Below are positions 59,141 to 64,000 of a stretch of 64,000 nt of DNA, in pieces. Below the pieces are notes generated by a model. That model was given only the letters and a program-made list of their open reading frames with translations. It was not told where the DNA came from and made no database searches. This DNA is from Promethearchaeota archaeon (GTDB taxonomy: Archaea; Asgardarchaeota; Lokiarchaeia; Sigyniarchaeales; SOKP01), in NCBI GenBank assembly GCA_019058445.1, contig JAHPZA010000010.1:320001-384000 (forward strand). The letters are read 5' to 3'. The translations under genes were made by a program, and so were the position numbers. Within the stretch, counting starts at the first letter, position 1; each line of letters opens with the position of its first letter.

Positions 59141-62100
59141 ATGGAAAAACAAGAATTGGCTCAAAAGGCCTTAGAATTATTAAATCAAACAGATAAACTT
59201 GAAGAAGAGCGAAATTGGGCTAAAGCTATTGAAAAGTATAAACAAGCTGCTGAATATCTAAAGCAATCTGGATTTTTACCCCATCGAATAGAAGATATTT
59301 ATAAAAGAATTACCGAAATCAACGATTTTTTAGAACAAGAAAAAAGATATCAAATGCAAACTCAACAAGTCCACCTTGAACAAATACAAGAACAAGCATT
59401 TGCAATATTAGACGGAGCTAAAAAATTCGAAACAGATGGCCATTTTGAGGATGCAATTCAACAGTATATGTCTGCTATTAAATTATTGGTGGAATCAGGA
59501 TGGACTGAGAGTCAACTTGAAAATCTTAAAGAAAAAATTATAGGTTTAACACAAAAGATCGAACAACAAAAAGATACGACGTATCTTCAACAACAAATCC
59601 AGATACCAAAGGACTTTAAGCCAAAAGAGATTAGTACAGAAGTAGGAAATTCTGCAATAGATTTAAAATCTGAACAAGTAAAAGCATTTGAAACAAAAAG
59701 AAAGAGAGAAGAACAAATTCAAAATGAATCTTTCGAATTGATAGATAAAGCAAAAATATTCGAGAGCGAAAAGAGATATGATAATGCGATTAATTGTTAT
59801 CAGGAAGCTATAAGATTATTAAAATCGATTGGCTGGACTGATCAGACAAGAAATTTAGAAATTTTAATTGGAAAGTTAAGAAAAGATAAGGATATATATG
59901 AAAGAGTTGAGGCTCAGAGAAAAAATAAAATACATTTTGATAATATCGAAGTTCAACTCACTCCAGACCAGTCTGAAACTCAATCTGAGGTGGAATTAAG
60001 AAAACAAAAAATTATAGAATTTGAAAATAAGAAGAAAAAAGAGGAAGAAATTCAAACTAAAGCATTTAATTTAATTGATATTGGAAAAAGACTTGAAAGA
60101 GAAAAAAAATATGATGATGCTATTGAAAATTTCCAAAATGCCATAGACCTTCTTAAATCTATCTCATGGGACTCTTATATTCAACCGGTTGCTAATTTTA
60201 TAAATGAAATAAATGAAAAGAGAAAACGTGAATTAAAGACGGAGCAACTTAAGAAAAAAAGGCAAGAAGATTTAACCACACTTCAAGAAACAATATATAA
60301 AAAGCAAAAAGAAAAAATAGTGCAAACGTCTCAAGATTTTGAAATACGTAAAAAGGATTTTGAACAAGAAAAACTAAAGCAAGCTGAAAGAGAGGAACAA
60401 TTCTTCGTCCAGTTAGATAAAGCTGATAAAATCTTAAAAGAAGAAAAAAATTATGATAAGGCAGTTAATGAATATCAAAAAGCCTTAGAAATGCTAAAAA
60501 GTTTAGGAGCTGGATGGGAATCTTATACTCCTACAATTCAAGCTACAATATCTAATATAAATAAGAGAAAAGAATATCAATCAGAGAAAGAAATAGAGAT
60601 TCTGAAGAAAAAGGACGAGCAAATTAAAAAGGAATTAGAATTTCAGCAACAGGTTGATAAACTATTAAAGAAGGAGCGTAAAAACCTACAACAAAAAGAG
60701 ATCGAATTAAAAGGACGTGAAGAAGAACTAAGATACAGAGAAGAAGCTAAGAAAAAAGCTTTTCAATATCTGGAAACTGCCGAAACTTATATTAAACAAG
60801 GTGATTTAGACAAGGCAATCTATGCATATCAAAACGCGGGTAATACTTTTGCAGAGATTCAATGGACTGATGAGCTTCCACTAATTGAAAAATCAATCTC
60901 TGAGCTTGAAAATAGAAAAAGGGAAATGTTTTTATCAAAACAAGAAGAAATGCATAAATTAATCGAAAGAGAGAAACAGGAACGAGATTTTCAATCACAG
61001 TTAGCGAACCAATTACACCTCGAGCGTGAAAAGTTGAAAGAAAAAGACATAGCATTAAGAGAGCATGAAAGAGAGGTAGAATATCGAGGAACCAGAAAAA
61101 ATGAAGCATTTAAATTATTAGATGAGGCACAAAATTACCTTAAGGAGGGAGATTTTGATAATGCAAGTGAATTATATCATCAAATAGCAAATATATTTGC
61201 TGAAATTCAATGGGATAGTGAAATAGATCTGATTCAAAATGCAATAATCGAGATTGAAAATAAAAAAAGAGAGACTCAAATTCAAAAGCAAAAAGATTTT
61301 CAAAAAGTATTAGAAAAAGAGCGTGAAGAACGCATTTTTCAAGAAGATATGTCAAGGGCAATTCAAAATCAAATGGAAAATCTAAAAGAAAAAGAAATTA
61401 AGATAAGAGAACAAGAAGATGAATTAAAGCATCGCGAAATTAAAAAAGAAGAAGCATTCGAATTGTTAGATAAAGCTATTTCTTTACTTTCTCTCAGAAA
61501 ATTCGATGAAGCTCTTAATGTTTATTATAATGTTGCTAACATTTTCGCTCAAATCCAATGGGATGACGAAATTCCAATTATCCAAAACGCTATTGAGGAA
61601 ATAAAAGAAAAGAAGAAAGAGACAGACCTTTGGAAACAAATGACAATGAAAAAAGGTATAGAAAAAGAAACTACTTATCAGGCTTTTATTGAACAAATGA
61701 AAACTCAAAGAGAAATAGAAAAATCAAAATTATTGGAAAAAAGCGAAATGATTAAAAAACAAAAAGAATTAAGTGCTCAAAATTTAGCTAAACAAGAAAA
61801 TGCTTTTAAAATTATTGATGAAGCAGATGAATTTCTGAAACAAGAAAATTTTGATGAAGCTATATCGAAATTTAAAGCTGCAGAATCAATTTTAACCGAA
61901 ATAGGCTGGGAACCAAGCTATTTAAGAACATTACAAGATAATCTTAGAACGATACAAATTAGGAAATCCGAAAAAGAAAAAGAAATAAGAAGAGAAAAAG
62001 AAATTAGAGAAAAAAGGCAATTAGAAGAATTGCAATTTCAAACAAGAATTACTGAAGGCATTCAAAAACAAAAGGAAAGAATGGAAGCAAAAAAAATAGA

Positions 62101-64000
62101 ACTTCAAAAACAAGAAGTGCTTAAAGCTAAAATGGAACAGCAGAAATCGAAGGCATTTACGTTAATAGACGAAGCAGAAAAATTCTTGAGTGAATGTCAA
62201 TATGACCAGTCATTAGAAAAATATCGCCAAGTAGATTTAATTTTTAGTGAAATTCAATTTCCTGCCCAAGTTATTAAAGAGGCAATTTTAAAAGTTGAGG
62301 AAAAAAAGAAAGTGGAATATTTGAATAAACAAAAAGAATTAGAAAGTCAACTTAAAAAGAACCAAGAAGAATTCTTATTTAAACAGCAGATTTCTGAAAA
62401 AATGGAGATTGAAAGACAAAAAATGAAATCGAAACAGATTGAAGTCAAAAAGAAAGAAGAACTTAAAGATTACATGGAAAATCGAAAAAAGGATGCATTT
62501 AAATTACTAGAGGATGCCGAAATGTTTATGAATCAATCTCAGTACGATAAAGCCTTAGAATTTTATCAGAGTGCTGAATTAATTTTAAATGAAATTCAGT
62601 ATCCCTCTGATGTTATCAGAGATATGATATATAAAGTGCGAGAAAAGAAAAAGAATTATGAAATAGATAAACAAAAAGAAATTGAATATAAGATTCAAAG
62701 AGAAAGACAAGACTATGAGTTTCAGAAAAAACTTACTGAAGATTTTAGGAAAGAAAAAGAAAGATTAAGCGTTAAAAAATTGGAATTAGAAGAAAAAGAA
62801 ATATTACAAGCAAAATTAGAAGAAAAAAGAAAGCAAGCTTTCACAATTTTGGAGGAGGCTCAAAACTTTACAAAACAATTAGATTATGATAATGCCGTTG
62901 AATATTATCGAAAGGCAGAATTAATTTTGAACGAGCTCCACTTTTCAACGGAATCAATTAAGGGGATGATTGCTCAGGTGATGAATCTAAAAAATGAAAA
63001 GGATAACCAAAAAGAACTAGAGCTTAAAAGAGAACTGGAGCGAGTAGAAGAGGAAAAGCAGCTAAGAGCATTAATAGAAGAGAGAAAAAGACAGGAGGAA
63101 GAGAAAAAATTAGCTCAACAAATTGCGCTCCAAGAAAGAGAAAAATTAATCCAAGAACAGATAAGCCAAAGAGAGGCAGCTTATACTATTTTAGAAGAGG
63201 CGAGCAGATATCTTAAAAGTCGTATACCAGACTATGATAAAGCAATCTCTTTATATCTTCAAGCGAAGAAAATCTTAGCAGAAAATGTCGGATGGGAACC
63301 GGAAATAAGAAATTTAGAAGGACTTATTAAAGATTTACAACAAGAAAAAGCTAATTTTCTAAAAAGACAGCAAATTGAAGCCCAAGCACAATTGAAACGT
63401 CAACAGGAATATGATCTATTTAAAGAGGAAATGAGAAGAAAAAGAGTGGATCATGAGAAACAAAAGGAAGAGCAGAAATCTAAATTAAAACAATTTGAAG
63501 AACGAAAAGAATTGGAATCAACTCTGAGAGACGAAGGGCTAAGATTAATAGGAGAGGGAAAACGAAATGCGGAGTTAAAAACATTTGCTAAAGCATATCA
63601 AATGTTTGATAGGGCTATATCCCATTTTAGAGAAATTGGATGGAATGAACAAATCAAATATATTGAAACTGAGATTAAAAATGCTAAAATTTTAGAAGAA
63701 AATTTCAAACATGAAGAATTAGAGCGAGAAAGAATACAACAAGAATTAGAAAAACAACGAGAGTTAGAAAGGGAAAAATGGAAACAAAAAGATTCCCAAA
63801 TGCGAACAACAATCGGAGAAGTTGGCAGTCTTACTGATGAAGTTGCAAGTCTTTTTAGAGCTCGCGAGGAGCAATTAAAATTAACAGAAGAGCAGAGAAA
63901 AATACAAATTAAAAACGAAGCAAAAGAATTTAGTCGAAATATGGGTAAGATGCTGCGCATAAAGCAAGAATTACTGGCAGAATTGAAGAAGACTGAAGAA
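59141..64000 (+). CDS. Giant helical repeat protein (TPR/MIT-like hairpins alternating with charged coiled coil), partial, at least 1,620 aa
   Basis: Not in ORF track. ATG 59141 (MEKQELAQKALELLNQ...); same frame checked at 14 repeat anchors and at the window end. Confidence 0.88.
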   Translation, partial: MEKQELAQKALELLNQTDKLEEERNWAKAIEKYKQAAEYLKQSGFLPHRIEDIYKRITEINDFLEQEKRYQMQTQQVHLEQIQEQAFAILDGAKKFETDGHFEDAIQQYMSAIKLLVESGWTESQLENLKEKIIGLTQKIEQQKDTTYLQQQIQIPKDFKPKEISTEVGNSAIDLKSEQVKAFETKRKREEQIQNESFELIDKAKIFESEKRYDNAINCYQEAIRLLKSIGWTDQTRNLEILIGKLRKDKDIYERVEAQRKNKIHFDNIEVQLTPDQSETQSEVELRKQKIIEFENKKKKEEEIQTKAFNLIDIGKRLEREKKYDDAIENFQNAIDLLKSISWDSYIQPVANFINEINEKRKRELKTEQLKKKRQEDLTTLQETIYKKQKEKIVQTSQDFEIRKKDFEQEKLKQAEREEQFFVQLDKADKILKEEKNYDKAVNEYQKALEMLKSLGAGWESYTPTIQATISNINKRKEYQSEKEIEILKKKDEQIKKELEFQQQVDKLLKKERKNLQQKEIELKGREEELRYREEAKKKAFQYLETAETYIKQGDLDKAIYAYQNAGNTFAEIQWTDELPLIEKSISELENRKREMFLSKQEEMHKLIEREKQERDFQSQLANQLHLEREKLKEKDIALREHEREVEYRGTRKNEAFKLLDEAQNYLKEGDFDNASELYHQIANIFAEIQWDSEIDLIQNAIIEIENKKRETQIQKQKDFQKVLEKEREERIFQEDMSRAIQNQMENLKEKEIKIREQEDELKHREIKKEEAFELLDKAISLLSLRKFDEALNVYYNVANIFAQIQWDDEIPIIQNAIEEIKEKKKETDLWKQMTMKKGIEKETTYQAFIEQMKTQREIEKSKLLEKSEMIKKQKELSAQNLAKQENAFKIIDEADEFLKQENFDEAISKFKAAESILTEIGWEPSYLRTLQDNLRTIQIRKSEKEKEIRREKEIREKRQLEELQFQTRITEGIQKQKERMEAKKIELQKQEVLKAKMEQQKSKAFTLIDEAEKFLSECQYDQSLEKYRQVDLIFSEIQFPAQVIKEAILKVEEKKKVEYLNKQKELESQLKKNQEEFLFKQQISEKMEIERQKMKSKQIEVKKKEELKDYMENRKKDAFKLLEDAEMFMNQSQYDKALEFYQSAELILNEIQYPSDVIRDMIYKVREKKKNYEIDKQKEIEYKIQRERQDYEFQKKLTEDFRKEKERLSVKKLELEEKEILQAKLEEKRKQAFTILEEAQNFTKQLDYDNAVEYYRKAELILNELHFSTESIKGMIAQVMNLKNEKDNQKELELKRELERVEEEKQLRALIEERKRQEEEKKLAQQIALQEREKLIQEQISQREAAYTILEEASRYLKSRIPDYDKAISLYLQAKKILAENVGWEPEIRNLEGLIKDLQQEKANFLKRQQIEAQAQLKRQQEYDLFKEEMRRKRVDHEKQKEEQKSKLKQFEERKELESTLRDEGLRLIGEGKRNAELKTFAKAYQMFDRAISHFREIGWNEQIKYIETEIKNAKILEENFKHEELERERIQQELEKQRELEREKWKQKDSQMRTTIGEVGSLTDEVASLFRAREEQLKLTEEQRKIQIKNEAKEFSRNMGKMLRIKQELLAELKKTEE

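Noticed and set aside
50545-63960. Short antisense ORFs in the track (e.g. 51388, 51653, 60792, 63598) and similar ones elsewhere
   Set aside because: Shadows of strongly biased genes on the opposite strand; no motifs
1-64000. CRISPR arrays, tRNA/rRNA genes, IS elements, integrases
   Set aside because: No regular repeat-spacer pattern, GC-rich structured RNA or transposase motif recognised by eye; covariance-model searches were not run

Overview
Very AT-rich prokaryotic DNA, most likely from an Asgard archaeon (Lokiarchaeia-like). This is inferred from a Rab-like GTPase, a longin-Arf-like GTPase, roadblock and longin/uDENN-like proteins, a UPF0280 protein and a RACo corrinoid activator. Bases 1 to ~48,900 form a large surface-glycan island: Wzx-like flippase, epimerase, GT4/GT9/GT2/CgeB-type glycosyltransferases, two sulfotransferases, methyltransferases, deacetylases, two ABC-2 exporter triplets, two CotH kinases and two GT-C-like membrane proteins. 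Its centrepiece is a complete 2-aminoethylphosphonate (AEP) pathway (pepM fused to a nucleotidyltransferase, ppd, a LicC/PntC-like cytidylyltransferase, AEP transaminase) bracketed by TagF-like phosphotransferases, pointing to a phosphonate-decorated archaeal surface glycan. The island appears built from modules bracketed by paralog pairs, and three intergenic relics of paralogous genes are visible. Bases ~48,900-64,000 hold housekeeping genes and a cluster of eukaryotic-signature-type genes: a roadblock + longin-Arf operon with apparent ATT/ATA start codons and a 16-Lys tract, a Rab-like GTPase, a longin/uDENN-like protein, and a >1,620-aa helical repeat protein that the ORF track missed. No rRNA, tRNA, CRISPR array or transposase was recognised. 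All family calls come from motif recognition by eye, not database searches.
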